Source: Acidobacteriota bacterium (lineage in GTDB: Bacteria > Acidobacteriota > CAIWXX01). Taken from it: 64,000 bases of DNA. Shown here one piece after another: positions 31,501 through 42,893 of the stretch; within the stretch, counting starts at the first letter, position 1; every line of letters starts with the position of its first letter. Position numbers and translations under genes: made by a program. The notes below the pieces were generated by a model, which made no database searches, had not been told where the DNA came from, and saw nothing but the letters and a program-made list of their open reading frames with translations. The stretch lies in contig JBFMAF010000004.1 of the NCBI GenBank assembly GCA_040755995.1, positions 1 to 64,000 of the forward strand, written 5' to 3'.

Positions 31501-34500
31501 GCCTCTTCGTTCGAGATGCCCAGGTGCCGCAGGCCGCTCTGCGCATGCGCGTGGGCCAGGACGAAGGTCCGCGCCGTGGCGCTCGGGTCATGGTACTTCT
31601 GAGCGAGGGCCACGGCCGTCTCGCGGCTCGACGCCATCCCCGTCGCGAAGGACAGCCTCACGAAGCCGCCGGGCGCGAGGCGAATGCGCTGCCGTAGGCT
31701 GACGATGGGGTCGATCATGATCCCTGTGGTGCCCGAGAGCGAGCGCCCGTCGAGCGCTTGCGGATCCTCGGGACCGCGCCCGCGGCCCAGGAAGCGCGCG
31801 CGGTCGCTCTCCCATTCCACCGGCCCCTGCGTCCGGCCTTCGAGGCTCAGGACATGTACTGCCCACATCGCGGCCTCGTCCGGGGCGCGCGAACGCCGCC
31901 GGCAGAGCAGGGCGGCGCTCTCGGGGAGGTACTCCGTCTCGACAAAGAGCTTGCCGAAGGCGGGGTGGGCCAGATCGTCGGCCGGCGGGGCGAGGACGAT
32001 CTCGGCGTAGCTCGTGACCTCGATCTCGCGGGCTCGATCGCTGTTGTTGGTCACGGCCAGCCGGCGCACCTCGACGTCATGCTCGTTCGAGACCGCAATG
32101 TCGAGCTGCGTCACGATGTCGTCGTCGCGGCGCCGGAAGGTGGCTTTCTCCGGCAGGAAGGTGACCACGTAATCCTCGGCCTCTTTCCCTACAGGGTGGT
32201 AGGCGGCTGACCACACCGACCCGCTCCGCACGTCACGCAGATAGATGAACTGGCTTCCCGGGTCGCGCGTAGCATCCTGCCGGTATCGCGTCACGCCGCG
32301 GCCCCGGCAGAAGCTGGCGCCTCCTCCCGCGTTCGTCACGACGGCGGTGTAGTTGCCGTTGGACAGGAACTGCGCGTGCGGGAAGAGCGTGTGCGGCGAC
32401 CGTAAGCGGCGAACCGCCGCGGCGGGAACGAGCGCCGGCACACGCGTCTCCTCGACGGGCCGCGGCTGAATGATGGGCGCCAGGCGCGGCACGCGCTCCT
32501 GCAGCAGCAGCTCCGTCGCCTGCACACGCGGGTCGGCATGGAAGCGCTCCACCATCGGGTGGCCGAGAAGGGCGTTGGTGAGTGAGACGAGGCTCATACC
32601 CTGGTGATGGGCCAGGAAGGTCCGCAGGACGACTCCCGGCGAAGGGCCCGTATCACTCGCAGCGCGCTCGATCTCCTCGGCCTTCCCGTGCGTGTAATCG
32701 ACGGCTTCGTAGTAGCCATAAGCACCATCGAGCCCTTCACGGGACATGCGCCGCATGTTCCGGGAGGCCTGCCAGGGATCGATCATCGCACCGAGCGCGG
32801 TGGCGTACGGAGCCACCACGAGCTCGTCGCCCAGGCCCCGTTTCAGGCCGAGGCCTGGAACGCCGAATGCTTTGTACTGGTAGTTGTCGTGCCGGTCCAC
32901 GAGGTTGTAGGCGGACTCCGAGATCCCCCAGGGCACCCCACGCTCGGTCGCGTACTGCATCTGCCTGCGCACGGCCATGCGGCACGACTGGTCGAGCAGC
33001 GTTTTTGGATAACTCTTCATCATGAGGAGCGGCATCAGGTACTCGAACATGGTTGCACCCCACGACAGAAGCGTGGGGGTCCCGTCGACACTGGTGACGA
33101 GCCGCCCCAGGTGGAACCAGTGCGTCTCGGGAAGATCGCCCTTGGCGATGGCGATGAAGCTAGCTAGCCGCGATTCGGAGGCCAGGAGGTCATAGTACGA
33201 AGGATCGAGACGGCCCGGTCCCTCTGCGTCCGCGAGACGATAGCCGATCGAGAGTATCCGGCGCTGCGGGCTGTAAAGGAAGCGGAAGCTCATTCCGTCC
33301 GCGAACAGGGCGGCGCGCCTCGACAGGCTCTCGATGCGCGCGGAGAGCTCGGATTGCGGCTCGCGGCTCAGTCGGCGCAGCCCTTCGGCGAGAGTTATCA
33401 GCGCGCCTGCGAGATTGCCACTGTCGACTGTCGAGACGTACCGCGGCGGAAGCGGAGCCAGGCTCAGCGTGTCGTACCAGTTGAGCAGGTGGCCTTCGTA
33501 GCGTTCCAGGCCTTCCATGGTGAGCAGCGTGGCATCGATCCTCTCGACCAGCTCCTCCGTTGGGATGAAGCCGAGGTCGTGCGCCGCAAGGGTCGCGAGC
33601 AGCCCCATGCCGATGTTCGTGGGGGATGTCCGGTGGGCCACTCGTGGATCGGGTGTCTCCTGGAAGTTGTCCGCGGGCAAGCCGTGGTCCTCGGGGCCCA
33701 TGAACGTCTCGAAATATCGCCATGTCTTACGGGCGACGAGAAGGAGAAACTCGCGGTCCTCTGCATTGAGAGGGGCGCTTCGCTGAGTTGTCGGCTGGCT
33801 CAACCAGTAGGCCATGAGCGGTGCCGCAGCCCAGATGGCCAGCACGGGGACGGCCTCGATGAGCGCGCCTGGGCGTTGCACGGCAACCAGGAGGAGGCCG
33901 GCGAGCGCGATCGAAGGGCTCGCGATCATCTCAACAAGGAATGACTTAGCACCGGTCCGCCTCGCCACGCCGGAACCCCTGGCCGCACTGGCCGCGGCCG
34001 TCTCCCACTCGAGCAGGCCGCGCTGGGTGAACGCGAGGCGCACGAGCGTGACGACGATCGCGTGCACCATCTCATAGGCCTGGTTGGCGACGAACGTGAG
34101 CTGCAGGAGTGTGCGAGCGAGGGCGGTCTTGGCGTCCTCCGACATCGCTCGAACAAACACGCGCCACCCCTGTTGCGGCTCGGGGCCGGCGATAGCTTCG
34201 AGAAGCAGCGGATAGAGCGGAAATGCGAGGGCGGCCAGGACGGCAGCCGTCCACACTGCCGGGCTTCCCGGCAGGAGCGTCCAGGCCAGCAGAAGCAGAG
34301 CGACGGTTGCGGGGGCAGCGAGGCTGCGGCGCAGGTTGTCGAATATCTTCCAGCGCGAGATGAGAGGCAGGCGGTTGCGCTGCCACCCCGTGCGTGTGGG
34401 GACGAAGGGAAACAGCCACAAGAGGATCTGCCAATCGCCCCTCACCCAGCGGTGCTGGCGCCGCGCATGGGCAAGGACGCTCGAAGGATAGTCGTCCACC

Positions 34501-36788
34501 AGCTCGACGTCCGTGACCAGCGCCGTGCGGGCATGGACGCCCTCGAAGAGGTCGTGCGACAGCAGGGCGTTTTCGGGCACGCGCCCCTCGAGGGCTGCCA
34601 TGAAGGCGTCCACATCGTAGAGCCCTTTGCCCGCGAAGATCCCCTCACCGAACAGGTCTTGGTATGTGTCCGACACGGCGGTCGTGTACGGGTCGACTCC
34701 GGTGTGGCCGGCGTAGATGCGAGCGAAGAGCGAGCCGGCGGCGCTCGACATCGTCACGCTGACCCGCGGCTGCAGGATCCCGTAGCCTTCGGTCACGCGG
34801 TCGCGGTCCGGGTCGAAGTGAGGGCGGTTCAAGGGGTGGGCGATAATCCCGATCAGCTTCTTCGCGGCGTCGCGCGGCAGGCGCGTGTCGGAGTCGAGGG
34901 TGATACAGTAGCGCACGCTGGAGAGGATCGCCGGGTCGCCGACCTGTATGTGGTAGCTCGTGTCCGTGGCCCCTCGCAAAAGGCGATTGAGCTCCTCGAT
35001 CTTCCCGCGCTTGCGCTCCCAGCCCATCCACACGCTCTCCATCGGGTTCCAGAGTCGCACGCGATGGAAGAGATAGAACCGGTCCGATCGCCCTTCGCCG
35101 AACCGGATATTCAAGGCCTCGATGCCCGCCCTGGCGGCGGAGAGGATCGCGTCGTCTTGCGGCATCTCGCGAGCGGGAGCGTCGGCAAAGTCGCCAAGGA
35201 TCGCGAAGTGGATGCGCGGGTCGAGGTTCCCGAGAGCCAGGACCTCGACGTGCTCGATCAGCTTGTTCACCTCGGCAACACTCGTCAGCAGGGTGGGCAC
35301 GACGACCATGGTTCGCGCGTTCTCGGGAATTCCCGCCTGGAAATCGATTCGTGGGAGGCGCCGCGGCGGCGCCAGACGAACGACCAGGCGCTGAACAAAG
35401 GCGATGGCCACCTCGCTCGCGGGCAGCAGCAGGAGCATCACCACCCCTGCTTGTGCCCAAACTGCTCCGCCGTGGTAGCGGACGTAGGCGAGTCCGAGGC
35501 CGAGCAGAAACGCAGTCACGAATGCGATCGATCCGAGGTATGCGCAAGTGGCATGAGCGAAGACCAAGCGGCGGGCCCGTTTGGTGAGGCGGGGACGATA
35601 GCCGAGGTCGGTCTCGAGGTCGCGACGGCCTTTGCCGATGAGATGCCAGCCGACGTGCGCGGCACGCTCGGCGGTCGAGCCGCTTTCTGCGGCCAGGCGT
35701 GCGCTCTCGACCGCCCGCAGGGCCACGCGCAATTGTGCCTCTCCGGTGGGCTCGGCGAGCTCCTCCACGGCCTGCCGGTAGCGGTCCCGGCTCAGAAAGT
35801 CCATGTTGCTGTACGCACCGGCCGGGTCGCGTTGCAGCACCCGCTCGACGGGGCTCACGTCTTCGAAGTACTGGCTCCAGTCGAGAGTTGAGCAGAGCCG
35901 GAGGCTGGTTATGACGTTGGCCACGGAGACCTGGGCTGCGGCCTGCCGCTGGTGCTCGCCTCGGATCGCGTCCTCCGAGGTCATGTTCTGGGCGGCCAGG
36001 TGCTCGTCCACGGCCAGGCGGACAGCGGAAAGGCGCGGGCCGTACTCGCGCATGAGCTGGAGCAGCTGGACGACGTAGGCTGTGTGGAGGACAGGCGGCA
36101 ACGGCCGCGGCGCCTTCCGCCCGCCATTGTCGATCTGAGCCACATAGGCGACTGCGGCGCGGCGAGCCTCGTGAGATTCGAGCATCTCCTCCGCCAGCCG
36201 CCGCAGGTTCTCGATGAGCGCGAGCTTCAGCATGCTCGGCCATGCCCACAGCTCGCCGATCGTCAGCGGCGCCACGGTCTGGTAGCTGTTCATGAAGCGC
36301 AAGAGCTGTTGCCGGTCCAGGCGGCTGTCGCTGTGGCGAATGAGCTCGACGGCCATGGCGTAGACACGGGCGTGGCCCGCCAGCTCGCGCAGGGCGAGCT
36401 TGGGCAGCTCACGGTAGTAGCCGCGCGGGAGATTCCGGCGGATATCCCGGATCTCCGATGCCACGAGGTGGAAGTTGTCGAGGAGCCACTCCGCCGCCGG
36501 CGGAACGAACTCCCCCCGGTGCACATCGTCGGCCATGGTGCGGTAGGCCTCGCGCAGGAGGCGAGCGTTGTCGTCGAATCGCGGGAAGACATTCCGCGCC
36601 ATGCGCCGCGGATTCGGGTGGACCGTGAATCGGGCCGCGAGGGCCTTGGCCCTCTCTTCCAGCCGCTCGATGCTCAGCAGCTCGTCGCGCAGGGGCGCCT
36701 CGGCCCTCGGCGGACGGCCTCCGAGCAGACTGAGCAGCGCCTTGAACGTCTCAACCACGGCTGATCGCAGTGGCGATATCGACCTCAT
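28503..36788 (-). CDS. ndvB: Cyclic beta-1,2-glucan synthase Cgs/NdvB (GT84 + glucoamylase-like cyclising domain + GH94), intact, 2761 aa
   Basis: [87 protein letters not shown]. Confidence 0.95.
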   Translation of the reverse strand: MRSISPLRSAVVETFKALLSLLGGRPPRAEAPLRDELLSIERLEERAKALAARFTVHPNPRRMARNVFPRFDDNARLLREAYRTMADDVHRGEFVPPAAEWLLDNFHLVASEIRDIRRNLPRGYYRELPKLALRELAGHARVYAMAVELIRHSDSRLDRQQLLRFMNSYQTVAPLTIGELWAWPSMLKLALIENLRRLAEEMLESHEARRAAVAYVAQIDNGGRKAPRPLPPVLHTAYVVQLLQLMREYGPRLSAVRLAVDEHLAAQNMTSEDAIRGEHQRQAAAQVSVANVITSLRLCSTLDWSQYFEDVSPVERVLQRDPAGAYSNMDFLSRDRYRQAVEELAEPTGEAQLRVALRAVESARLAAESGSTAERAAHVGWHLIGKGRRDLETDLGYRPRLTKRARRLVFAHATCAYLGSIAFVTAFLLGLGLAYVRYHGGAVWAQAGVVMLLLLPASEVAIAFVQRLVVRLAPPRRLPRIDFQAGIPENARTMVVVPTLLTSVAEVNKLIEHVEVLALGNLDPRIHFAILGDFADAPAREMPQDDAILSAARAGIEALNIRFGEGRSDRFYLFHRVRLWNPMESVWMGWERKRGKIEELNRLLRGATDTSYHIQVGDPAILSSVRYCITLDSDTRLPRDAAKKLIGIIAHPLNRPHFDPDRDRVTEGYGILQPRVSVTMSSAAGSLFARIYAGHTGVDPYTTAVSDTYQDLFGEGIFAGKGLYDVDAFMAALEGRVPENALLSHDLFEGVHARTALVTDVELVDDYPSSVLAHARRQHRWVRGDWQILLWLFPFVPTRTGWQRNRLPLISRWKIFDNLRRSLAAPATVALLLLAWTLLPGSPAVWTAAVLAALAFPLYPLLLEAIAGPEPQQGWRVFVRAMSEDAKTALARTLLQLTFVANQAYEMVHAIVVTLVRLAFTQRGLLEWETAAASAARGSGVARRTGAKSFLVEMIASPSIALAGLLLVAVQRPGALIEAVPVLAIWAAAPLMAYWLSQPTTQRSAPLNAEDREFLLLVARKTWRYFETFMGPEDHGLPADNFQETPDPRVAHRTSPTNIGMGLLATLAAHDLGFIPTEELVERIDATLLTMEGLERYEGHLLNWYDTLSLAPLPPRYVSTVDSGNLAGALITLAEGLRRLSREPQSELSARIESLSRRAALFADGMSFRFLYSPQRRILSIGYRLADAEGPGRLDPSYYDLLASESRLASFIAIAKGDLPETHWFHLGRLVTSVDGTPTLLSWGATMFEYLMPLLMMKSYPKTLLDQSCRMAVRRQMQYATERGVPWGISESAYNLVDRHDNYQYKAFGVPGLGLKRGLGDELVVAPYATALGAMIDPWQASRNMRRMSREGLDGAYGYYEAVDYTHGKAEEIERAASDTGPSPGVVLRTFLAHHQGMSLVSLTNALLGHPMVERFHADPRVQATELLLQERVPRLAPIIQPRPVEETRVPALVPAAAVRRLRSPHTLFPHAQFLSNGNYTAVVTNAGGGASFCRGRGVTRYRQDATRDPGSQFIYLRDVRSGSVWSAAYHPVGKEAEDYVVTFLPEKATFRRRDDDIVTQLDIAVSNEHDVEVRRLAVTNNSDRAREIEVTSYAEIVLAPPADDLAHPAFGKLFVETEYLPESAALLCRRRSRAPDEAAMWAVHVLSLEGRTQGPVEWESDRARFLGRGRGPEDPQALDGRSLSGTTGIMIDPIVSLRQRIRLAPGGFVRLSFATGMASSRETAVALAQKYHDPSATARTFVLAHAHAQSGLRHLGISNEEAQLFERLASRVLYADESLRASPALLARNELGQEGLWPHSISGDLPILLVRVVEEDDLPLVRQVLQAQEYWRLKGLSADVVIVNEHPVSYLDEMHSLLTALLDNGPWRTWKHRPGGAYLLRGDRMPEAERVLLASVARAVLSGERGDLAMQLDWPYPEWSGTGPDELTAPGTSHSTVAFSSPQTEVPVPPLAMANGLGGFAEDGREYVIVLEGDQETPMPWANVIANPDFGTVVTASGSAYTWSENSRENRLTPFANDPVTDPTAEALFVRDDETGEAWSPTPGPMPRTRTSGRFVIRHSAGVSRFARVAQGIRHELDVFVEAKDPVKFSLLTLTNESDVTRRLSVFAYNEWVMGRPRAGQQAHVVTSIDSASGAVLARNPYNQEFAGRVAFARASEDLRSATGDRLSFLGRNGSLARPAGLRCEALSGCFGAGLDPCAALHLSLTLAPGESRRLVFLLGQGKDVDHARELVRRHGNVAAAEAALEAVRRSWDSSLDAVQVRTPDDSFDLLMNRWLLYQDVSCRLWARSAYYQPGGAFGFRDQLQDVMALSLARPDLMREHLLRAASRQFLEGDVQHWWHEPSGRGTRTRCSDDLLWLPYAVAHYVRVTGDAGVLDEGVPFLEAPLLAADALEAYAQPRVSTEQEPLFEHCLRAIDKGLTSGAHGLPLMGSGDWNDGMNRVGRGGSGESTWLGFFLHSVLEEFAPLCEGRADQARAERYRTEASRLATVLEQAWDGEWYRRGYYDDGTPLGSAQNDECKIDSVAQSWAVLSGAVLLRHMERAMDAIRTHLVRRGPQVLPLLTPPLDQSAQDPGYIKGYPPGVRENGGQYTHAAVWIVMALAKLGSGDEAAELFHMLNPINHTRTAADVEHYKAEPYVIAGDVCAHPAHAGRGGWTWYTGSAGWMYRAGIESILGLRRRGATFELDPCIPASWPEYEITWRFGQTRYQITVSNPHGRCRGIADAQLDGTPVDPHAIPLVDDAAAHHLRLLIGDDPRPVKQL

Positions 36789-36838
36789 CCTCGCTCATCC
36801 AGTCCCCTCTCTTCACCGCATGCTGCCAAAGCGCGGCA

Positions 36839-37195
36839 GAGGTGTCAACTCCCCATTCGTCTGTCCCCGTTCGGCACAGCCACCGATTCCGTCTGCGACC
36901 TATGGGAACGGCCCCACGCCGGGTCATCACCGTGGCCGACGACTTCAAGGATGTGACGAGCGGGATCCGCAAGGGCCGCGAACCGATCGGATTTGAGTTT
37001 CGCCACTTTCGTGGGCACCGGCAAGTAGCTTGTGGCTCGGTCGAGGAGTCGGGTGTAGATCCGCCCTCCACCGTCAGCACCGTAGAGCTCGATCCACTCA
37101 GCCAGAGCCGCAGACGCCTCGATGTTGATGCGCGCCATCTCCCCGTCGCTGATGCGACCGACATTCTCCGAGGTCACCTCGGGCAAGGCGCGAAT
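36839..37195 (-). pseudogene. 5'-truncated hypothetical gene upstream of cgs (source of repeats C and D)
   Basis: RISDGEMARINIEASAALAEWIELY...; partial copies at 55369-55531 and 58167-58297. Confidence 0.55.
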
Positions 37196-37384
37196 GCAGT
37201 CAGATGTCGTCGCGAGAATCCTGAAACACATCAAATACCATTTCGAGGTCCTCCAGCTCCCCGCTCGCGCCCCCCCCGTCTCATTCCTCTCCCCGGAGCC
37301 CCAGCCGGACCTTTCTGATTCCTATTACCTGTAGCCCCACTCACAGGTTCTGCCGCGAGAGCTCTGCCCGGCTTTCGGAAACAC

Positions 37385-37413
37385 TTGACACAAAGGCACC
37401 TCAGCCCTACCCT
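37385..37413 (+). promoter_or_regulatory. Sigma70-type promoter
   Basis: TTGACA-17bp-TACCCT. Confidence 0.5.
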
Positions 37414-37459
37414 CTAGCCGTGTCTTCCCCCAATCGCCGCAAGTTCATAGCCAAACGCG

Positions 37460-37497
37460 CCCATCCTCCGTCCCCGGGGACGGAGGATGGGTCTCTC
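37460..37497 (+). terminator. Perfect 32-bp palindrome plus pyrimidine tail (terminator or oriIS hairpin)
   Basis: CCCATCCTCCGTCCCC|GGGGACGGAGGATGGG followed by TCTCTC. Confidence 0.55.
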
Positions 37498-37703
37498 TGC
37501 CGTTATCTCCATGCCGGAGTTACTACTTCAGTAGTATTTCCGCTCTCCGGTCGGAAAAGCAAGTTCTTATGTTCATCCTAGTAGTTAGTTTGGGCAATGA
37601 GTCAGGTACCAGCATGACCATGTGGGGAACAAAGCTTCGTGATGCGAGAGTGTAGTTCACGGAACATCGCCGCGGAACGGCGTGCAGGCAGCGGGAGGGT
37701 GCG

Positions 37704-39734
37704 ATGACAAGACGACTGGGCGCGACGGCAGTGTTCTGCCTGGGACTGGCACTGGTGGTTGCTGCGGGGACTCCGGCTGCGGCCGATTTGCCACCGCTCA
37801 TTCCCAGAGACGTGCTCTTCGGGAATCCGGTGAAGGATGTGCCCTGCATCTCGCCGCACGGATCCCTGCTCGCCTATCTCGCCCCTTCAAAGGAAGGTGT
37901 GCTGAACGTCTGGATCAAGACCATCGGCCGGGATGACGACAGGATGGTGACGGAAGATCGAGGCAGCGGAGTTGTCATCTGTGGATGGGCTTTCGACAGC
38001 AGGCATATTCTCTTCATGCAGGATACGGAGGGGGATGAGGACTACCATCTCTTCTCCGTGGACATCGAGAGTACAAACATTCGCGACCTTACGCCGTTCA
38101 AGGGCGTGACGGCCGAGAACCTGATGATGGATTTGAACCACCCGAACGAAGTCATGATCGGGATGAATCTGCGCGACCGAGCGCTCTACGACATGTACCG
38201 TGTTGACCTGACGAGCGGTGCGGTGACGCTAGAGGCGACCAATCCCGGCGACGTGCTCGGATGGACCGCCGATGCCGGGTTCGTCATCCGGGCGGCGACC
38301 GCCTTCCGGCCTTCGGATCTGGCCACCGTGATCCGTGTCCGCGACACCAAGGACGGGCCATGGAGGGATCTCGTGGTGATGCCGTTCGAAGAGGCGCCGT
38401 TCCTGGGGCAGGTCAACGGAGGAAACCTGGTGAGCGGCTTCGCGCCCGATGGCAAGTCTCTATACCTCGCCACATTCGGCCGGACTGACACCATGCGGCT
38501 CGTCAGTGTGGACGTCGCGACCGGAGAGGAGATCGAGACGCTGGCCTATGACGGCCGCGGCGACCTCAAGCAGGTCTGGACCTCCGAGGGCAGCCTGCGC
38601 TACAGCGTGCTCATCCACCCCCGGACGCACAAGGTGCAGGCGGCCACGTTCGAGTACCTCAAGCCTGAGGTGAAGGTAATCGATCTTGACATCGGTCCGG
38701 ACTTCCAGTTCTTGGGTAACTCTCACCCAGGGTTCTTCTTCCTCGGGAGCCGCGACACCAGCGACCGCAGGTGGGTTGTGGGATACGAAGTGGACAACGG
38801 CCCGGTCTCTTACTACCTCTACGATCGAGGACGCCGGAGCCTGGAACTCCTTTTCGATGATCAGCCCGCGCTCAAGGGCTATCGGATGCCCCATATGGAG
38901 CCGCTGGTCATCCGGGCCCGGGACGGAGTGGAGCTGGTGAGCTATCTGACGCTGCCACTGGGGGTACCTGCAGAGGGACTGCCGATGGTACTCGATCCGC
39001 ACGGCGGGCCCTGGTGGCGCTATTCGTGGGGGTACGATCCCCGGGTTCAGTGGCTGGCGAACCGTGGCTATGCGGTTCTGCAGGTGAACTTCCGGGGATC
39101 AACTGGATTCGGCAAGACGCACTTCAACGCGGGTACCGGGCAGTGGGGCGTGGGCGGCATGCAGAACGATCTGACCGATGCCGTCAAGTGGGCGATCGGC
39201 AAGGGCATCGCAGACCCCAAACGAGTTGCGATCATGGGGGCCTCGTACGGCGGCTATGCGACACTGGCCGGTCTGGCGTTCACACCGGACCTCTACGCCT
39301 GCGGAGTGGAGTCGGTGGGCATGTCGAATGTCGCCACAGACCTCGAGTCGATCCCTGCCTATTGGGGACCCGTAAAGAAGCGCTGGTTCCGCCGCATCGG
39401 CTTTGTGGAGGGCGACGACGAGCTCAACGACGAGCTCAATCGTCGGATCTCTCCGCTCTTCCATGTTGATCGGATCCGGGCACCGCTCCTGGTCGCCCAC
39501 GGCGCCAACGATGTCCGATGCAAGCTCAGTGAGTCGGAGCAGATCGTGAAGAGCATGCGCGAGCGCCATCTCCCGGTCAGCCTCGTGGTGTACCCCGACG
39601 AAGGGCATGTCTTCGCACGACCGGAAAACAAACAGGACTTCTACGGACGTGCCGAGGAGTTCCTGGCCAAGTACCTGGGAGGCAGGGCGGAGCCTTGGAA
39701 CGAGGTCAAGGGGACGTCGGCGCAGCTCAGGTGA
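37704..39734 (+). CDS. S9 family dipeptidyl aminopeptidase/acylaminoacyl peptidase, secreted
   Basis: Signal peptide; PLIPR.VLFGNP, HGGPW, NFRGSTG, GASYGGY, GAND, YPDEGH. Confidence 0.92.
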   Translation: MTRRLGATAVFCLGLALVVAAGTPAAADLPPLIPRDVLFGNPVKDVPCISPHGSLLAYLAPSKEGVLNVWIKTIGRDDDRMVTEDRGSGVVICGWAFDSRHILFMQDTEGDEDYHLFSVDIESTNIRDLTPFKGVTAENLMMDLNHPNEVMIGMNLRDRALYDMYRVDLTSGAVTLEATNPGDVLGWTADAGFVIRAATAFRPSDLATVIRVRDTKDGPWRDLVVMPFEEAPFLGQVNGGNLVSGFAPDGKSLYLATFGRTDTMRLVSVDVATGEEIETLAYDGRGDLKQVWTSEGSLRYSVLIHPRTHKVQAATFEYLKPEVKVIDLDIGPDFQFLGNSHPGFFFLGSRDTSDRRWVVGYEVDNGPVSYYLYDRGRRSLELLFDDQPALKGYRMPHMEPLVIRARDGVELVSYLTLPLGVPAEGLPMVLDPHGGPWWRYSWGYDPRVQWLANRGYAVLQVNFRGSTGFGKTHFNAGTGQWGVGGMQNDLTDAVKWAIGKGIADPKRVAIMGASYGGYATLAGLAFTPDLYACGVESVGMSNVATDLESIPAYWGPVKKRWFRRIGFVEGDDELNDELNRRISPLFHVDRIRAPLLVAHGANDVRCKLSESEQIVKSMRERHLPVSLVVYPDEGHVFARPENKQDFYGRAEEFLAKYLGGRAEPWNEVKGTSAQLR

Positions 39735-39786
39735 GTATGCTGCCCCGCGCACTCCGCTTGGCGGGCCTGATGCAGGCGAGCGGCTC

Positions 39787-40194
39787 GTGGCATGAGCGAA
39801 CACGAAGCGGCGGGCGCGTTTGGCGAGGCGGGGACGATAGCCGAGGTCGGTCTCGAGGTCGCGACGGCCTTTGCCGATGAGATGCCAGCCGACGTGCGCG
39901 GCACGCTCGGCGGTCGAGCCGCTTTCTGCGGCCAGGCGTGCGCTCTCGACCGCCCGCAGGGCCACGCGCAAATGCGCCTCTCCGGTGGGCTCGGCGAGCT
40001 CCTCCACGGCTTGCCGGTAGCGGTCCCGGCTCAGAAAGTCCATGTTACTGTACGCACCGGCCGGGTCGCGTTGCAGCACCCGCTCGACCGGGCTCACGTC
40101 TTCGAAGTACTGGCTCCAGTCGAGAGTGGAGCAGAGCCGGAGGCTGGTGATGACGTTCGCCACCGAGACCTGGGCTGCGGCCTGCCGCTGGTGC
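39787..40194 (-). pseudogene. cgs fragment F4, colinear with 35548-35955
   Basis: Same 4239-bp offset at both ends; [18 protein letters not shown]. Confidence 0.92.
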
Positions 40195-40238
40195 GTGAAT
40201 GCATGGTGCTATGACTATGAATATGAATGCATGGATCG

Positions 40239-40267
40239 TTGACAATCTACTCGCTGTAGCCTATGTT
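40239..40267 (+). promoter_or_regulatory. Sigma70-type promoter upstream of hsdM
   Basis: TTGACA-17bp-TATGTT. Confidence 0.6.
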
Positions 40268-40433
40268 CTGACGGTGAGCCTCTGTCCTGTCGGCGAAGCG
40301 CCGACCGGCGTCCATCGCCCCCGGGAGGACAGAACGATGAGAGCATTTGATTATTCTCCGGCGGGCCGGCATTCTCTCCTCCGAAGGCGATAGTGGCAGC
40401 TTTGTGTGTCACACGGCGCACAGGAGCTCCTGA

Positions 40434-42893
40434 TTGGCCCTGAAGAAATCCGAGCTCTACTCATCGCTCTGGGCCTCCTGCGACGAGCTGCGCGGCGGCA
40501 TGGATGCCAGCCAGTACAAGGACTACGTCCTCGTGCTGCTGTTCGTGAAGTACGTCAGCGACCGTTACGCCGGCCAACCCTACGCTGCCATCACCATCCC
40601 CAAAGGCGCGAGTTTTGCCGACATGGTGGCGCTCAAGGGCAAACCCGACATCGGCGACCAGATCAACAAGAAGACCCTCGGACCGCTCGCTCAGGCCAAC
40701 AATCTCTCCGACATGCCGGACTTCAACGACCCGGCCAAGCTCGGCAGCGGGAAGGAGATGGTCGAGCGGCTCACGAACCTCATCGCCATCTTCGAGAACC
40801 CGGCGCTCGACTTTTCGAAGAACCGCGCCGACGGCGACGACCTGCTCGGCGACGCCTACGAATACCTGATGCGGCACTTCGCCACCGAGAGCGGCAAGAG
40901 CAAGGGTCAGTTCTACACGCCGGCCGAGGTGAGCCGCGTCATCGCGCAAATCCTGGGCATCCGCCAAGCGAAGGCCACGGCCAACACCACCGTCTACGAC
41001 CCCACCTGCGGCTCCGGGTCGCTCCTGCTCAAGGTGGGTGCTGAAGCCGCCCACGGCCGCGATGTGCGCGTGACGCTCTACGGGCAGGAGAAGGACAACG
41101 CCACCGCCGGCCTCGCCCGCATGAACATGATCCTGCACGACTACGCGACGGCCGACATCAAGCAGGGCAACACACTTGCCAGCCCGCTCTTTCTCGATGG
41201 CGACAGGCTCAAGACCTTCGACTACGTCGCCGCCAATCCGCCTTTTTCCGACAAGCGATGGAGCACGGGTCTCGACGCCGAGCACGACACGCACCAGCGC
41301 TTCCAGCCATACGGCGTGCCGCCCGCCAAGCAGGGCGACTACGCCTATCTGCTGCACATTCTGCGATCGCTGAAGAGCGGCGGCAGGGGCGCCTGCATCC
41401 TGCCGCACGGCGTGCTGTTCCGCGGCGCTGCCGAGGCTGCCATCCGACGCAACCTCATCCAGCGCGGTTACATCAAGGGCATCATCGGCCTGCCGGCGAA
41501 CCTCTTCTATGGGACCGGCATCCCCGCCTGCATCGTCGTGCTCGACAAGGAAGGCGCCGCCGCCCGCAAGGGCATCTTCATGATCGACGCCTCCAAGGGC
41601 TTCGTGAAGGACGGCCCCAAGAACCGCCTGCGCGAACAGGACATTCACCGCATCGTGGATACATTCACGAAACAGACGGACGTGCCGCGCTATGCCCGCC
41701 TGGTCCCGGTGGCCGAAATCGCCGACCCGAAGAACGACTACAACCTCAACCTGCCGCGTTACATCGATTCGACTGAACCCGAAGACCTACAGGACATTGA
41801 TGCACACCTGCGCGGAGGCCTCCCCGAGCGCGACATCGACGCGCTCGATCGATTCTGGCAGGTGATCCCCGGCGTGCGCATCACGCTTTTCGAGGCGGCC
41901 GGCCGACCCGGCTACTCCCGGTTGCGGCTTCCCATAGCCGAAGTGAAGCCCGCGATCCTCCGCCACGCCGAGTTCACAACGTTCACCGAATCCGTGAACA
42001 GGCTCTTCGGCGAGTGGAAGAGGGCCAGCACGCCGGCGCTCAAGAGCTTCGCCCAGGACGGCCATCCCAAGGCGATCATCGAAGACATCGCCGAGAGCCT
42101 GCTCGCGACCTTCAAGGCCGCGCCGCTGCTCGATGCCTACGATGTCTATCAGCACCTGCTGGACTACTGGGCCGAGACCATGCAGGACGACTGCTACCTC
42201 ATCGCCGCCGACGGCTGGAAGGTGGCCGCCCAGCCCAGGCTCATCGTCGAGGACAAGAACAGGAAGACGAAGACCAGGCCGGACTTCACCCTGGGCAAGA
42301 AGAAGTACCAGGCCGAGCTGATCCCGCCCGCACTCGTCATCGCCCGCTGGTTCGCGAAGGAGCAAGCCGCGGTCGATGCGCTGGAGGCGCAGGTCGCCGC
42401 GCTCGAGCAGCAGATGGAGGAGATGGCTGAGGAGCACGGCGGTGAAAACGGGCTGCTGGCCGAAGCTGCAAACGACAAGGGCAAAATCACGAATGCCAGC
42501 GCCGCGACTCGCCTCAAGGAGATCAAGGACGACGCGGAAGCAACTGATGAACACAAGGCGCTCAGCGAGTACCTTGCCCTTGCCGAACAGGAAGCCGATG
42601 CCTCCGCGAAGCTCAAGGCTGCGCAAGAAGCCCTGACCGAACAGGTTGCCGCGAAATACCCCAAGCTCACCGAGGACGAGATCAAGACGCTTGTGGTGGA
42701 CGACAAGTGGCTGGCCACGCTCGCCGCCGCGGTGCAGAGCGAGCTAGACCGCGTTTCGCAGACCCTCACCGGCCGCATCCGCCAGCTCGCCGAACGCTAC
42801 GCGACGCCGTTGCCGCAGCTTGTTGACGAGGTGGGGGAGCTTTCCAGGCGCGTTGACGAGCATCTGAAGAAGATGGGGGCGGTGTGGAAGTGA
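40434..42893 (+). CDS. hsdM: Type I R-M methyltransferase subunit with a long C-terminal extension
   Basis: LWASCDELRGGMDASQYKDY, GQFYTP, YDPTCGSG, NPPF, LPHGVLFRG; TTG start with AGGAG. Confidence 0.93.
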   Translation: MALKKSELYSSLWASCDELRGGMDASQYKDYVLVLLFVKYVSDRYAGQPYAAITIPKGASFADMVALKGKPDIGDQINKKTLGPLAQANNLSDMPDFNDPAKLGSGKEMVERLTNLIAIFENPALDFSKNRADGDDLLGDAYEYLMRHFATESGKSKGQFYTPAEVSRVIAQILGIRQAKATANTTVYDPTCGSGSLLLKVGAEAAHGRDVRVTLYGQEKDNATAGLARMNMILHDYATADIKQGNTLASPLFLDGDRLKTFDYVAANPPFSDKRWSTGLDAEHDTHQRFQPYGVPPAKQGDYAYLLHILRSLKSGGRGACILPHGVLFRGAAEAAIRRNLIQRGYIKGIIGLPANLFYGTGIPACIVVLDKEGAAARKGIFMIDASKGFVKDGPKNRLREQDIHRIVDTFTKQTDVPRYARLVPVAEIADPKNDYNLNLPRYIDSTEPEDLQDIDAHLRGGLPERDIDALDRFWQVIPGVRITLFEAAGRPGYSRLRLPIAEVKPAILRHAEFTTFTESVNRLFGEWKRASTPALKSFAQDGHPKAIIEDIAESLLATFKAAPLLDAYDVYQHLLDYWAETMQDDCYLIAADGWKVAAQPRLIVEDKNRKTKTRPDFTLGKKKYQAELIPPALVIARWFAKEQAAVDALEAQVAALEQQMEEMAEEHGGENGLLAEAANDKGKITNASAATRLKEIKDDAEATDEHKALSEYLALAEQEADASAKLKAAQEALTEQVAAKYPKLTEDEIKTLVVDDKWLATLAAAVQSELDRVSQTLTGRIRQLAERYATPLPQLVDEVGELSRRVDEHLKKMGAVWK

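Larger units (their letters stand above)
37200..37570 (+). mobile_element. IS91-family-like remnant: transposase C-terminus and putative oriIS region
   Basis: DVVARILKHI...PARAPP resembles the IS91 transposase C-terminal signature; followed by hairpins and GAAAAGCAAGTTCTTAT, similar to oriIS ends (...TTCCTAT). Recognised from memory only. Confidence 0.55.
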
